A DNA stretch of 61,944 nucleotides from contig JAXHVS010000078.1 in the NCBI GenBank assembly GCA_034189025.1, forward strand, positions 1 to 61,944. Reading direction: 5' to 3'. Both the position numbers and the translations under genes were made by a program. Position 1 is the stretch's first letter. Every line of letters starts with the position of its first letter. This DNA comes from Bacteroidota bacterium. GTDB taxonomy: Bacteria; Bacteroidota; Bacteroidia; Bacteroidales; UBA12077. This document shows positions 17,699 to 28,410 of the stretch, one piece after another. Below the pieces are notes generated by a model. That model had not been told where the DNA came from and ran no database searches. It worked only from the letters and a program-made list of their open reading frames with translations.

Positions 17699-18157
17699 TT
17701 ACCAACTGACCCTATTTTTTTCATCAATATCCATTGTTTTAATGTATAGAAACGAACGGGCTTTTACCTTCCCTTTAATTTGAATTTCAAAATTTTTCAT
17801 ATTTCTTAATCTATACATCGATAATGCTCCTGAAAGAAAATTCGAAAGCTCTATTTGAACCGGAAAAGTTTGAATGTTATTATATTTTGAAGGGATCACA
17901 ATTTTTTCCGGATTGGCTATTTTGCCCAAATGCTTTCCATTAACAGAAATATCAAAATCCATATCAATAATTTTGATTTTAAAGTTTCCCGGATTGGTTA
18001 CCGGAAGGTCTAACTCAAGGCCTACCAGATTATTCTTTATGCTTTTTAAGCGAACATCTTTAATGTCGCCGATCTGAATTTCTTTAATCGAAGAGCATCC
18101 GGAAATTAAAATGGTTAACAAAAGGATGCTTACTAATTGATTTATTAGTTTGCTCAT
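17699..18157 (-). CDS. LEA type-2 (WHy) domain lipoprotein
   Basis: Lipobox ISGC; V.NPGNF.I.I..MDFDISVNGK.LG motif. Confidence 0.8.
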   Translation of the reverse strand: MSKLINQLVSILLLTILISGCSSIKEIQIGDIKDVRLKSIKNNLVGLELDLPVTNPGNFKIKIIDMDFDISVNGKHLGKIANPEKIVIPSKYNNIQTFPVQIELSNFLSGALSMYRLRNMKNFEIQIKGKVKARSFLYIKTMDIDEKNRVSW

Positions 18158-18168
18158 TTTTTATTTTT

Positions 18169-19659
18169 TTACTGTTGCCAGCCTTTTGCTTTTTCTACAG
18201 CTTTTTTCCAGCCATTATATAACTTTATTCTTTTCGTTTCTTCCATAAACGGATGGAAAACCTTTTCTATTTTTCTTTTTTTTATTATTTCATCCATTGA
18301 CCAGAAATTTGTTGCCAGTCCGGCTAATAAAGCAGCTCCAAGGGCGGTTGTTTCAACATTTGCTGGCCGAATAACATCAACGTTTAAGATATTGGACTGA
18401 AACTGCATTAAAAAATTATTTACCGAGGCTCCACCATCAACATTAAGGGCTTTCAATTGAATTCCTGAATCTTTTTCCATAGCTTTTAAAACATCCATAG
18501 TTTGGTATGCCAAAGACTCAAGGGTAGACCGGATAATATGTTTATCGGTAACTCCCTGGGTTAATCCAAGAATTGCGCCTCGGGCATACATATCCCAATA
18601 AGGAGCCCCAAGCCCCGTAAAGGCAGGAACAACATAAACCTCTTCAGTATCCTCAATTTCATTGGCAATTTTTTCTGTTTGGTTGGCCGATTGGATTAAA
18701 TGTAAAGCATCGCGCAACCACTTAATAGCCGCTCCGGCAATGAATACACTCCCTTCGAGGGCATAATTAATCTTTTTATTTATTCCCCAGGCAATGGTTG
18801 TTACCAGGCCTGAATGCGACTCAACCATTTTTTCGCCCGTATTCATCAACATAAAACATCCCGTGCCATAGGTATTTTTTGCTGTTCCTTTACTTAGGCA
18901 TGTTTGCCCAAAAAGTGCAGCTTGCTGGTCACCGGCAATTCCGGATATGGGAATTTTGGCACCCAAAATTTTGGGGTCTGTTTCACCAACGATTTCCGAT
19001 GTGCCTTTAACATCGGGTAAAATATGATGTGGTACTTCGAATAGGGCCAGCAATTTTTTATCCCATTGCAGAGTTCTGATATTAAAAAGCATGGTTCGCG
19101 AAGCATTGGAATAGTCGGTAATATGTAATTTGCCATTGGTTAATCTCCAAATTAACCAGGTGTCGATGGTTCCGGCTAAAATTTCACCTTTTTCTGCTTT
19201 TTCTTTAACACCTGGTATATTTTGTAATATCCAATGGATTTTTGTTGCGGAGAAATAGGAGTCGATAATTAAACCGGTATTTTTTTTGATATACTCACTC
19301 CATCCCTGGTTATGGAGTTTTTTACAAAAGTCAGCAGTTCGCTTATCCTGCCAAGCAATAGCATTGTATACTGGTTTACCCGTGTTTTTGTCCCATAAAA
19401 TTATGGTTTCACGTTGGTTGGCAATTCCTATGGCAGCAATTTCCTGTGGATTAATATTTGATTCTTTTATTAATCCTGTGGCAGTATTTAGTTGCGATTC
19501 CCATATCTCTTCGGGGTTATGTTCAACCCAGCCGGGATATGGATAATATTGATTAAACTCTTTTTGTTGAACAGCTATGATCAGGGCATCTTTATTAAAA
19601 AGGAATGATCTGGAGCTTGATGTTCCCTGGTCGAGAGATAATATAAATTTTTTTTGCAT
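18169..19659 (-). CDS. glpK: Glycerol kinase
   Basis: [49 protein letters not shown] and [12 protein letters not shown]. Confidence 0.96.
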   Translation of the reverse strand: MQKKFILSLDQGTSSSRSFLFNKDALIIAVQQKEFNQYYPYPGWVEHNPEEIWESQLNTATGLIKESNINPQEIAAIGIANQRETIILWDKNTGKPVYNAIAWQDKRTADFCKKLHNQGWSEYIKKNTGLIIDSYFSATKIHWILQNIPGVKEKAEKGEILAGTIDTWLIWRLTNGKLHITDYSNASRTMLFNIRTLQWDKKLLALFEVPHHILPDVKGTSEIVGETDPKILGAKIPISGIAGDQQAALFGQTCLSKGTAKNTYGTGCFMLMNTGEKMVESHSGLVTTIAWGINKKINYALEGSVFIAGAAIKWLRDALHLIQSANQTEKIANEIEDTEEVYVVPAFTGLGAPYWDMYARGAILGLTQGVTDKHIIRSTLESLAYQTMDVLKAMEKDSGIQLKALNVDGGASVNNFLMQFQSNILNVDVIRPANVETTALGAALLAGLATNFWSMDEIIKKRKIEKVFHPFMEETKRIKLYNGWKKAVEKAKGWQQ

Positions 19660-19705
19660 AATCGGTTAAATCAAGGTTTAAATTTACAATTTAAATTGTA
19701 AGGAT

Positions 19706-19742
19706 AAAAAAAGCGGCTATTCCCAATATTGAAACAGCCGCT
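19706..19742 (-). terminator. Intrinsic terminator after yebC
   Basis: Stem AGCGGCT...AGCCGCT preceded by an A-run. Confidence 0.65.
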
Positions 19743-19760
19743 GACAAATATTTTTAAATA

Positions 19761-20504
19761 TTATTCCATTGCTGCTGCAACCTCATCCGTTAGTTCAAGG
19801 TTATGATAAACATTTTGTACATCGTCATCATCTTCAAAAGCATCAATCATTTTCATTACTCTTAAAGCAGCATCTACATCCAGGGCTTTTGTGTCGTTGG
19901 GAATTCTTTGTAATCCTGCATTTTCTACCTCTACGCCTAATTCATCAAGTTTTTTCTGTACGTTCCCAAAATCTTCCTTGGCTGTAGTAATTGTAATTAC
20001 CTCTTCTTCAATTTCAATATCTTCAGCGCCGGCATCAATAATTTCCAGTTCAAAATCATCTAAATTAATATCCTCATTTTTTAGGACGGTAAAAATTCCT
20101 TTGGTTTCAAAAAGAAATGACAACGAACCATTTTTCCCCAGGCTCCCGCCATATTTGGTAAAAATAGCCCTCACACTACTCACGGTACGGTTTCTATTAT
20201 CGGAAAGGCATTCCACATAAACGGCTATTCCATTGGGAGCATATCCTTCAAAGGTAATTTCTTCAAAGTTGTCGCCTTCTTTATCTGCTTTACTAATGGC
20301 TCGTTCAACATTGTCTTTAGGCATGTTTACCCCTTTGGCATTATTCATGGCCAGGCGTAATCGTGGGTTTGCTTCCGGATCTGGGCCACCTTCTTTTACG
20401 GCTACAGAAATTTCTTTTACAATTTTAGAAAACATTTTGGAGCGCTTTGCATCGGCAGCTCCCTTCTTTCGCTTAATGGTTGACCATTTACTGTGACCTG
20501 ACAT
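19761..20504 (-). CDS. yebC: YebC/PmpR family protein
   Basis: MSGHSKWSTIKRKKG, GPDPEANPRLR and DDDDVQNVYHN. Confidence 0.96.
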   Translation of the reverse strand: MSGHSKWSTIKRKKGAADAKRSKMFSKIVKEISVAVKEGGPDPEANPRLRLAMNNAKGVNMPKDNVERAISKADKEGDNFEEITFEGYAPNGIAVYVECLSDNRNRTVSSVRAIFTKYGGSLGKNGSLSFLFETKGIFTVLKNEDINLDDFELEIIDAGAEDIEIEEEVITITTAKEDFGNVQKKLDELGVEVENAGLQRIPNDTKALDVDAALRVMKMIDAFEDDDDVQNVYHNLELTDEVAAAME

Positions 20505-20720
20505 ATTAATTAAATATTATCTGTTAATACTTTATTGAAAATGGGAGGGTAAAAATACTAAAAATTAAAAAGCCTGTAAAAGAATATGATAAATATTTAT
20601 GAAGATATGATTTTCTACAATATATTTCGGACAACTTTGTCTTTTTCTGTTAAAGAATATTTTTTTGATAACATTTGGCGTTTAATTTTTAATAAATTTG
20701 CAAAAAATAAATATACTACG

Positions 20721-22091
20721 ATGGTTGATATGAATAATCAGGAAAGTAAAAAAGGAAATCCTAAGTTATATATAGAAACGTATGGTTGCCAAATGAATAT
20801 TGCCGACAGCGAAGTTGTGGTTTCTGTATTGCAAGAAAGGGGATATTCGGTTACAGAAGATATAAATGATGCCGATGTTATTTTAGTCAATACCTGTTCG
20901 ATAAGGGAAAATGCTGAGCAAAGGGTTTGGGGACGATTAGACGTTTTTAAGCAAATAAAGAAGAAAAAACCTTCCATTAAAGTTGGTGTAATTGGTTGCA
21001 TGGCAGAACGTTTAAAAGAAAAGTTAATTGAAGAAGAAAAAACGGTAGATTTGGTTGTAGGCCCCGATGCTTACCGTGAATTGCCATCATTACTCGAAGA
21101 GGTTGAATCCGGACAAAAAGCAGTGAATGTAATTTTATCGAGAGAGGAAACTTATGCTGATATTAATCCGGTTCGGTTAGATAAAAACAGGATTTCTGCT
21201 TTTATATCCATTATGCGGGGATGTAATAATATGTGCTCGTATTGTATTGTCCCCTACGTTAGAGGTGCTGAACGCAGCCGTGATCCTGAAACAATTCTGA
21301 ACGAAGCCCGTGATTTATTTGAAAAAGGATTTAAGGAAATTACTTTAATTGGCCAAAATGTTGATTCGTATCACTGGAAAATGGAAGACCATGATAAATC
21401 GGTAACTTTTGCCCAGTTATTAGAATCTGTAGCTAAAATAAGCCCTGATTTTCGTATTCGTTTTTCAACTTCCCATCCAAAGGATATGTCGGATGATGTA
21501 TTGTATGTAATGGCTATGTACAATAATATTTGTAATCATATTCATTTGCCAGCACAGTCGGGCAGTACACGAATATTAGAAAAAATGAACCGGGGTTATA
21601 CCCGAGAATGGTATATGGATCGAATAAAAGAGATAAAAAGAATTTTACCTGATTGCGCGATTACTACTGATTTAATGACCGGCTTTCCTGGAGAAACAGA
21701 AGAAGATCATCAGGAAACCTTGAGCTTAATGAGAGATGTAGTATATGATTTAGCTTTTATGTTTAAATATTCTGAACGCCCCAGAACATATGCCGCAAGG
21801 TATTTAAAGGATGATGTAAAAGAGTCGGATAAAACAAGGCGGCTTACCGAGATTATTGATTTGCAAGGAGAGCTTTCTGCGAAAAGCAAAAAGAATGATC
21901 TGGGTAAAGTATTTGAAGTATTGATTGAAGGTGTTTCTAAAAAATCTAAGGATCACTTTTTTGGACGTAATTCACAAAATAAAGTAGTTGTTTTTCCGCG
22001 ATTAAATTATAAGGTGGGAGATTATGTCGATGTTGAAATTATTGATTGTACTTCTGCAACACTAATTGGTGAAGTAGCAACAAAACATTGA
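20721..22091 (+). CDS. miaB: tRNA-2-methylthio-N6-dimethylallyladenosine synthase
   Basis: [15 protein letters not shown], radical-SAM CNNMCSYC, C-terminal TRAM domain; start set at ATG 20721, downstream of TAAATTTG (20693-20700). Confidence 0.95.
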   Translation: MVDMNNQESKKGNPKLYIETYGCQMNIADSEVVVSVLQERGYSVTEDINDADVILVNTCSIRENAEQRVWGRLDVFKQIKKKKPSIKVGVIGCMAERLKEKLIEEEKTVDLVVGPDAYRELPSLLEEVESGQKAVNVILSREETYADINPVRLDKNRISAFISIMRGCNNMCSYCIVPYVRGAERSRDPETILNEARDLFEKGFKEITLIGQNVDSYHWKMEDHDKSVTFAQLLESVAKISPDFRIRFSTSHPKDMSDDVLYVMAMYNNICNHIHLPAQSGSTRILEKMNRGYTREWYMDRIKEIKRILPDCAITTDLMTGFPGETEEDHQETLSLMRDVVYDLAFMFKYSERPRTYAARYLKDDVKESDKTRRLTEIIDLQGELSAKSKKNDLGKVFEVLIEGVSKKSKDHFFGRNSQNKVVVFPRLNYKVGDYVDVEIIDCTSATLIGEVATKH

Positions 22092-22108
22092 TAAAAATTT
22101 TTTAATAG

Positions 22109-22140
22109 AAAACGAGGTGTTATTTTCACCTCGTTTTTTT
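22109..22140. terminator. Bidirectional terminator between miaB and the STAS gene
   Basis: AAAACGAGGTG-N7-CACCTCGTTTTTTT. Confidence 0.8.
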
Positions 22141-22444
22141 ATGCTATCTCAAAAATATGTTCTAGTTCAACAAGCTTTATTAATTCCTTTATTTCGTCCG
22201 ATACATTCATAAATTTAAAGGTTGAGTTATTTATTCTCGATGACCTGTAAATTTTTAATAAAGTTTCAAATCCTGCACTATCAATAAAGTTAATCCCCGA
22301 GAAGTTTATTAATAATTGGGTTCCCGGATTAGTTACAATAGGCAAAACTTTTTGCTCAATTTCTGATGCGTTTAAAATGTTTAATTTAGAAACATTGTAA
22401 AACGAAACAATGTACTTGTTTCTAAAATGATTAACGGTTAACAT
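22139..22444 (-). CDS. STAS-domain protein (anti-sigma factor antagonist)
   Basis: INFSGINFIDSAG with the phosphorylatable Ser; 101 aa. Confidence 0.88.
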   Translation of the reverse strand: MLTVNHFRNKYIVSFYNVSKLNILNASEIEQKVLPIVTNPGTQLLINFSGINFIDSAGFETLLKIYRSSRINNSTFKFMNVSDEIKELIKLVELEHIFEIA

Positions 22445-22733
22445 AATATCCTTTGGGTTTTTAAAATATTATGTTGCGAATGTAATATGGGAATACTAAA
22501 ATATGTATTAATTTAATGTTAAGTTATCAACAATTTTAGTTAATATTATTTAACAGGGAATGAATATAAACAATAAATATTTTTAAAAATAAAGAATAAA
22601 CTAATGATTGAACTTCTTTAGAATGTGTTTGTTTTTTTATTGAAAAGAAAAAAATAGGGTATTTTAATTTATAGTCATCTAATAGTTAGAATGCCAATAA
22701 ACAAATTAAAGTAAAACCAAAATTTACAAAGCT

Positions 22734-23693
22734 ATGAAAACAATGATTAAAATTATGATGGGTTTAATGGTGTCGGCTTTGATGATGACAACAGTCAGTG
22801 CTCAACCAAAATCAGAAATACCCACCGAAAAAGAAAACAAAATGAATTGGGCAAATGCCGATACATTGTACACTTTTAAATATCATGATGAATCTGGTAC
22901 ATGGATCTTTTTTGAAAGAGAGATCAGAAGATTTAATGATAAAAATCAACCTACTGAAAATTTTGTTCAGGCCTATGATATTGATAATCAGCACTGGATA
23001 AATTATTTGCGTATAAATTATACGTATGATGAACGAGGCAATGAAATTGAGGCCATTACTCAGCGATGGGATGAAAATTTTAAAAACTGGGTAAATGCGC
23101 AGCTAAAAAGTGTTAATTATAAAGGAAATAAAAGAGAGGAGATTTTGTTTCAGGAATGGAAAAAACCAACCAACGAGTGGTTTAATGTGATGAAGTATTT
23201 AATCACTTATAATGATGAGGGTGAAGAATATGCTGTTACAATTAATTTGTATAATGGAGCTACTAATCAATGGGATAATTACAAACGGTTTCTAATGGAT
23301 TTTGAAAATCCTTTTGCCCCACCAACCAGCGTTATTGTTGAAAACTGGAATTCCGATCAAAAAAACTGGGAAACAGAGGGTAAATATATGATGCGATATA
23401 ATGGCCGCGGAATGAAAACCGAAGAAATTCGATTAACGTATAACAATAGTATGCGGACCTTTATCGAAGGCATGAAGTTAAATATGAGTTATGATAAGAA
23501 AGGAAATTTAATTGAATATGTGGAGAAAAAATATGATATCGTTCGAAAAACATGGATTAATTACAATAAATATTTGGCTTCATATAACGAGCAGCAAAAT
23601 ATGACTGAAAAAATAGAGTTTAGCTGGGATAAAAATTCCAATGCTTGGATTGAGACCAATAAATTTAAATTTTCTACAGACACAAGTATTTAA
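22734..23693 (+). CDS. Secreted protein with tandem ~35-aa Trp/Tyr beta-hairpin repeats (DUF3836-like)
   Basis: Signal peptide; repeated W.N..K..Y.YD/N..GN..E.I...W units. Confidence 0.65.
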   Translation: MKTMIKIMMGLMVSALMMTTVSAQPKSEIPTEKENKMNWANADTLYTFKYHDESGTWIFFEREIRRFNDKNQPTENFVQAYDIDNQHWINYLRINYTYDERGNEIEAITQRWDENFKNWVNAQLKSVNYKGNKREEILFQEWKKPTNEWFNVMKYLITYNDEGEEYAVTINLYNGATNQWDNYKRFLMDFENPFAPPTSVIVENWNSDQKNWETEGKYMMRYNGRGMKTEEIRLTYNNSMRTFIEGMKLNMSYDKKGNLIEYVEKKYDIVRKTWINYNKYLASYNEQQNMTEKIEFSWDKNSNAWIETNKFKFSTDTSI

Positions 23694-23713
23694 TAATATC
23701 AACAAACAAAAAG

Positions 23714-23742
23714 AAAGGTGCTCTCGTTTGGGCACCTTTTTT
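23714..23742. terminator. Terminator hairpin
   Basis: AAAGGTGCTC-TCGTTT-GGGCACCTTT followed by a T-run. Confidence 0.75.
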
Positions 23743-23748
23743 AACATC

Positions 23749-23781
23749 ATCTATTCCAAAGTATTGAACTTTGGAATAGAT
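23749..23781. repeat. 14-bp perfect inverted repeat (REP-like)
   Basis: ATCTATTCCAAAGT-ATTGA-ACTTTGGAATAGAT. Confidence 0.75.
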
Positions 23782-23810
23782 TTGTCATAAATATTTTAAC
23801 ATTTCCTTTT

Positions 23811-25562
23811 TTATTTCTGTACAATTTTAAGCGAAAGTTCATTCAATTGATTTTCATCTACTTTAGAAGGTGAATCAATCATCACATCGCGTCCGGCATT
23901 ATTTTTAGGAAAAGCAATAAAATCGCGAATCGATTCGGAACCACCAAAAACAGAACACCAACGGTCGAAACCAAAAGCAATACCACCATGCGGCGGAGCG
24001 CCATATTTAAAGGCATCTAAAAGGAAACCAAATTTCTCTTCTGCTTCTTTTTTGGAAATACCTAATGCATTAAACATTTTTCTTTGTAGTTCACCTTCAT
24101 ATATTCGAATGGAGCCGCCACCAATCTCAACACCATTTATAACAAAGTCATAGGCATTGGCTCTCATATTCCCCGGATCTGAGTCAAAAAGTTTTATATC
24201 TTCTGTTTTGGGTGAAGTAAAAGGATGGTGCATGGCAAAATAACGTTGTTCTTCTTCGTCCCATTCAAGCAGTGGAAAATCAACCACCCAGCAAGGAGCA
24301 AATTTATCTTTATCGCGTAATCCTAACCTTTCGCCCATCTCCAGGCGGAGAACATTTAAAGCATATAATGTATCTTTTTTATTTCCGGCAAGTACTAACA
24401 ATAAATCTCCGGGTTGGGCATTTAATTCTTCAGCCCATGATTTTAAACCTTCCTGCGAATAAAATTTATCTACTGATGATTTAAATGTTCCGTCAGGATT
24501 ACACTTCACATATACAAGCCCTTTGGCACCCACTTGCGGTTTTTGAACAAAAGCAGTAAGCTCATCCAGTTGTTTACGCGAATATTCGCCACATCCTTTT
24601 GCTTTTATAGCACCAATATATTCTACGTTATCAAAAACTTTAAATCCTTTTCCTTTTACTAATGATGAGATTTCTGAAATTTTCATATCGAAACGTAAAT
24701 CGGGTTTGTCGGTACCATAATATTTCATGGCATTATCGTACGAAATACGTGGATAGGGCTCATTAAAAGTTATGCCTTTTATTTGATAGAAAAGATGATT
24801 TGCTAATCCTTCAAAGGTTCTTAGAATGTCTTCCTGATCAACAAAAGACATTTCGCAATCTACCTGAGTAAATTCAGGCTGTCGGTCGGCACGCAAATCT
24901 TCATCACGAAAACATTTTACGATTTGAAAATACCGGTCAAAACCAGAAATCATTAACAGTTGTTTAAAGGTTTGTGGTGATTGTGGTAAAGCGTAAAATT
25001 CACCAGGATTCATCCTTGAAGGAACAATAAAGTCGCGGGCTCCTTCAGGGGTTGATTTAATGAGATAGGGTGTTTCAATTTCCATAAATTTAACACTATC
25101 GAGATATTTTCGTATTTCTTGTCCCATCCTGTGCCTTAGTTCAAGATTTTTACGTACAGGCTCTCTTCGTAAGTCAAGATAACGATATTTCATCCTTAGC
25201 TCATCACCACCGTCGGTTTCTTTTTCAATGGTAAATGGAGGAATCTCCGATTGATTTAATAAATCAAGTTTTTCTACATGAATTTCAATTTCACCGGTAG
25301 GCATTTTCGGGTTTTTGCTGCTTCGTTCAACAACCTTCCCTTCAATCTTAATTACAAATTCTCTTCCTAATAATCTGGTTTTGTTTTTAAGCACATCGGA
25401 TGTATTATCGTCAAAAACTAATTGTGTTAAACCATATCGGTCGCGCAAAGTAATAAAAGTCATTCCTCCTAAGTTACGGATTGTTTGTATCCATCCACTT
25501 AAAATAACCTCTTGTCCTACGTTGTTTAATGTTAATTCACCACAATTATGAGTCCTGTACAT
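23811..25562 (-). CDS. aspS: Aspartate--tRNA ligase
   Basis: [44 protein letters not shown] and [11 protein letters not shown]. Confidence 0.97.
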   Translation of the reverse strand: MYRTHNCGELTLNNVGQEVILSGWIQTIRNLGGMTFITLRDRYGLTQLVFDDNTSDVLKNKTRLLGREFVIKIEGKVVERSSKNPKMPTGEIEIHVEKLDLLNQSEIPPFTIEKETDGGDELRMKYRYLDLRREPVRKNLELRHRMGQEIRKYLDSVKFMEIETPYLIKSTPEGARDFIVPSRMNPGEFYALPQSPQTFKQLLMISGFDRYFQIVKCFRDEDLRADRQPEFTQVDCEMSFVDQEDILRTFEGLANHLFYQIKGITFNEPYPRISYDNAMKYYGTDKPDLRFDMKISEISSLVKGKGFKVFDNVEYIGAIKAKGCGEYSRKQLDELTAFVQKPQVGAKGLVYVKCNPDGTFKSSVDKFYSQEGLKSWAEELNAQPGDLLLVLAGNKKDTLYALNVLRLEMGERLGLRDKDKFAPCWVVDFPLLEWDEEEQRYFAMHHPFTSPKTEDIKLFDSDPGNMRANAYDFVINGVEIGGGSIRIYEGELQRKMFNALGISKKEAEEKFGFLLDAFKYGAPPHGGIAFGFDRWCSVFGGSESIRDFIAFPKNNAGRDVMIDSPSKVDENQLNELSLKIVQK

Positions 25563-25762
25563 AGCTACAATTTTTCTGTTGTTAATTATTTCAAATTGCG
25601 AAAATAGGATTTTATTTTCTTTTTAAAAACCTGATTTTCATAAACAGTTCATTTTTAATAAAATATAGTTATGTTTTTTTTTGAAATTAATCTTTTAAAG
25701 CATATTTTAGTCCATACTAATAAATATGAATTATTTTTGGAGTTTAAACATTATTTTATTTA

Positions 25763-26203
25763 ATGGATTTATTTTCAGATGAATATTTCATGAAGGAGGC
25801 TTTAAAAGAAGCCAAAAAAGCATTGGATAAAAACGAAGTACCCATAGGTGCTGTAATTGTTTCCAACAATCAGATAATTGCACGGGCTCACAATTTAACC
25901 GAAACGCTAAATGATGTTACTGCCCACGCCGAAATGCAGTCAATTACTGCTGCTGCTAATTATTTAGGAGGGAAATATTTGACTGATTGTACTTTATACG
26001 TTACTCTTGAGCCATGCGTGATGTGTATCGGAGCTTTTGCATGGGCTCAACTTTCCAAATTGGTTTTTGGAGCACCCGATCTAAAAAAGGGATATACCCG
26101 GTATAATTCAAAGATGACCCACCCCAAAACAAAAATAGTGTCTGGAGTGCTTAAGGACGATTGTAGCAGGCTTATCCAGGATTTTTTTAAAAATAAAAGA
26201 TAA
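25763..26203 (+). CDS. tadA: tRNA adenosine(34) deaminase-like nucleoside deaminase
   Basis: EVPIGAVIV, HAEM and TLEPCVMC zinc motifs. Confidence 0.88.
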   Translation: MDLFSDEYFMKEALKEAKKALDKNEVPIGAVIVSNNQIIARAHNLTETLNDVTAHAEMQSITAAANYLGGKYLTDCTLYVTLEPCVMCIGAFAWAQLSKLVFGAPDLKKGYTRYNSKMTHPKTKIVSGVLKDDCSRLIQDFFKNKR

Positions 26204-26207
26204 AAAA

Positions 26208-26221
26208 GTGATGTAAATCAC
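26208..26221. promoter_or_regulatory. CRP/FNR-type palindrome upstream of the YfiR-like gene
   Basis: GTGAT-GTAA-ATCAC. Confidence 0.4.
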
Positions 26222-26312
26222 CCTAAAATAAAGTTAAAATCACCAATTAGATATTGTTAATTTCATAAAATCATACCAATTTTGTAAAAATATTTTTAAA
26301 ATTTAAATTATC

Positions 26313-26822
26313 ATGAAAAGAATATTGTTATCTGTATTTATTATTCTATTTATTACTAAGTTTAATTATGCTCAGGTTGATATATCAAAAGCTCAGGCTA
26401 TGTTTTCTTATAATTTTACCAAGTTTTTTGATTGGCCACCATCCGAAAAACAAGGTGATTTTGTTATGGGCGTTTTGGGAAATAGAAACCTGGCTTTAGA
26501 ATTAGAGAAAGTGACTGCAGGAAAGAAGAATGTTACTCAACCTATTGTTGTTAAGTATTTTAGAAATTTAAATGAGGTGGAAAAATGCCATGTAATTTTT
26601 GTTGATGCTTTAAAATCAGGTGACATCTCAGGTATACATACAAAAACAGGAACACATTGTCTGATTATTTCAGATAGTAATTCCGGTATTAATAAAGGAG
26701 CAGCTATTCAATTTGTTACTGATGGAAATCGGTTAAAGTATGACTTTAAAAGTGAAAACGCTTTAAAACATGGTTTAAAGTTCCACTCTAAGGTAAAAGA
26801 GATGGCTCGTAATAATTACTAA
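26313..26822 (+). CDS. YfiR/HmsC (DUF4154) family periplasmic protein
   Basis: Signal peptide; A.F.YNFTKFF.WP, CHVIFV and GAAIQF....L.Y.F....A...GLK. Confidence 0.85.
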   Translation: MKRILLSVFIILFITKFNYAQVDISKAQAMFSYNFTKFFDWPPSEKQGDFVMGVLGNRNLALELEKVTAGKKNVTQPIVVKYFRNLNEVEKCHVIFVDALKSGDISGIHTKTGTHCLIISDSNSGINKGAAIQFVTDGNRLKYDFKSENALKHGLKFHSKVKEMARNNY

Positions 26823-26836
26823 TCAATCTTAGGAGC

Positions 26837-28369
26837 ATGAAATTAACCATCGGGAAAAAATTAATTATTGGTTTTGGTGTTATTCTGGTAGCATTAATAG
26901 TCAATGCTGTTTTGATATTAAATTCTTCAATACAAAACAGTAAGTTAAATAACCAGATCATTGAAATCTATACTCCTTCTACCAATAATTTAACTCAATT
27001 GCGAAAATTGTTGGTTGACTCAAAAATGCTTATTAAGAACTGGGTTTATATCGAAAAGCAGGATAATACTCCCGATAAGCTTTTGCTTAAGGAGGTGTTA
27101 GAAAATAAATTGCCGGCTACTTTAAGCCAACTGCAATCGCTGTCGGTTCACTGGAATAAAGAAAATAAAGATTTGCGGGCATCTGTTGAGACTATCGTTA
27201 ATGATTCTATTATTCCGCTCCATCAACAAGTGATGGGTCAGTTGAATAGTTTTGAAAGCTACGACGATATTATGGTGATGTTTGAAGTGATGCCATTAGT
27301 TGAAGAGCAGGGTGATATTATTGTTAAAACTGATCGGGTGATTGCATTGTTGGATCAGATTATAGATTACCAGTCGGCATTAGCTAATGAAGCCATTGGT
27401 GAGATGCAACAGTCGTTTAAAAATTTTCCGAAACTTGTGATCGTTACTACGCTGATAATCCTGATCATATTTATTATTGTATTAATCTATGTAAACCGAT
27501 CGGTTACCCGGCCCATTAAAAAAGGTGTTGAGTTTGCACAAGCTATTGAGAATGGAGATTTAACCGCTACGGTTGATATTAATCAAAACGACGAAATTGG
27601 CGATTTGGCCAGATCCTTAAGCAATATGGCTGCCAAATTGAATGAGATGGTTGTTTCCTTATCCGAGGCTGCAGGCCGTATATCGAACAAGAGTGTGGAG
27701 ATTACCCATAAATCGCAGGAGCTATCTAATGGCGCCAACACCCAGGCTTCTTCTTCGGAAGAGCTGGCTTCGTCGATGGAGGAGATGGTTGCCAACATTG
27801 AACAGAATACTGATAACTCCAAGGAGACCGAGAAGATCTCACAAAATGCAGTGAATATCAGTAAAGATGTAGGTACTGCAGCCAATAACAGTTTGCTGGC
27901 CATACAGTCGATCGCCGAAAAGATCGGTATTATCAATGATATTGCTTTTCAAACCAATATACTGGCATTAAATGCTGCCGTAGAAGCTGCCCGTGCCGGA
28001 CAACACGGTAAAGGCTTTGCCGTGGTTGCTGCCGAAGTGCGAAAACTAGCCGAACGAAGTAAACTTTCTGCCGAAGAGATTGAAGAGTTATCCCATTCGA
28101 GTGTTGATGCAACCGAAAAAGCTCAAAAGTATGTAAATACTGTTATTCCTGAAATTGAGCGTACTTCAAAATTAATTCAGGAAATTGCAGCATCAAGCAT
28201 GGAACAAAATTCTGGTGCAAACCAGGTTAATGAGGCTTTACAATCGCTAAATCAGATCACACAACAAAATGTATCTTTATTTAACTCGTTAAATGATGAT
28301 GCCAGTGATTTATCGTCTCAGGCCGATTCGTTGAATGAAATTATAAGTTTTTTCAAAATTAAAAAATAG
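26837..28369 (+). CDS. Methyl-accepting chemotaxis protein
   Basis: Two TM segments, helical periplasmic domain, HAMP (GDLT..DEIGDLA) and hairpin tip [40 protein letters not shown]. Confidence 0.95.
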   Translation: MKLTIGKKLIIGFGVILVALIVNAVLILNSSIQNSKLNNQIIEIYTPSTNNLTQLRKLLVDSKMLIKNWVYIEKQDNTPDKLLLKEVLENKLPATLSQLQSLSVHWNKENKDLRASVETIVNDSIIPLHQQVMGQLNSFESYDDIMVMFEVMPLVEEQGDIIVKTDRVIALLDQIIDYQSALANEAIGEMQQSFKNFPKLVIVTTLIILIIFIIVLIYVNRSVTRPIKKGVEFAQAIENGDLTATVDINQNDEIGDLARSLSNMAAKLNEMVVSLSEAAGRISNKSVEITHKSQELSNGANTQASSSEELASSMEEMVANIEQNTDNSKETEKISQNAVNISKDVGTAANNSLLAIQSIAEKIGIINDIAFQTNILALNAAVEAARAGQHGKGFAVVAAEVRKLAERSKLSAEEIEELSHSSVDATEKAQKYVNTVIPEIERTSKLIQEIAASSMEQNSGANQVNEALQSLNQITQQNVSLFNSLNDDASDLSSQADSLNEIISFFKIKK

Positions 28370-28410
28370 TTTTTTTTAGGTTTAGGGTTTTTCATATTTC
28401 TTAGTGGTAA

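Noticed and set aside
22445-22733. Replication origin (AT-rich gap with TTATCAACA at 22524)
   Set aside because: Only one good DnaA-like box and no supporting gene context
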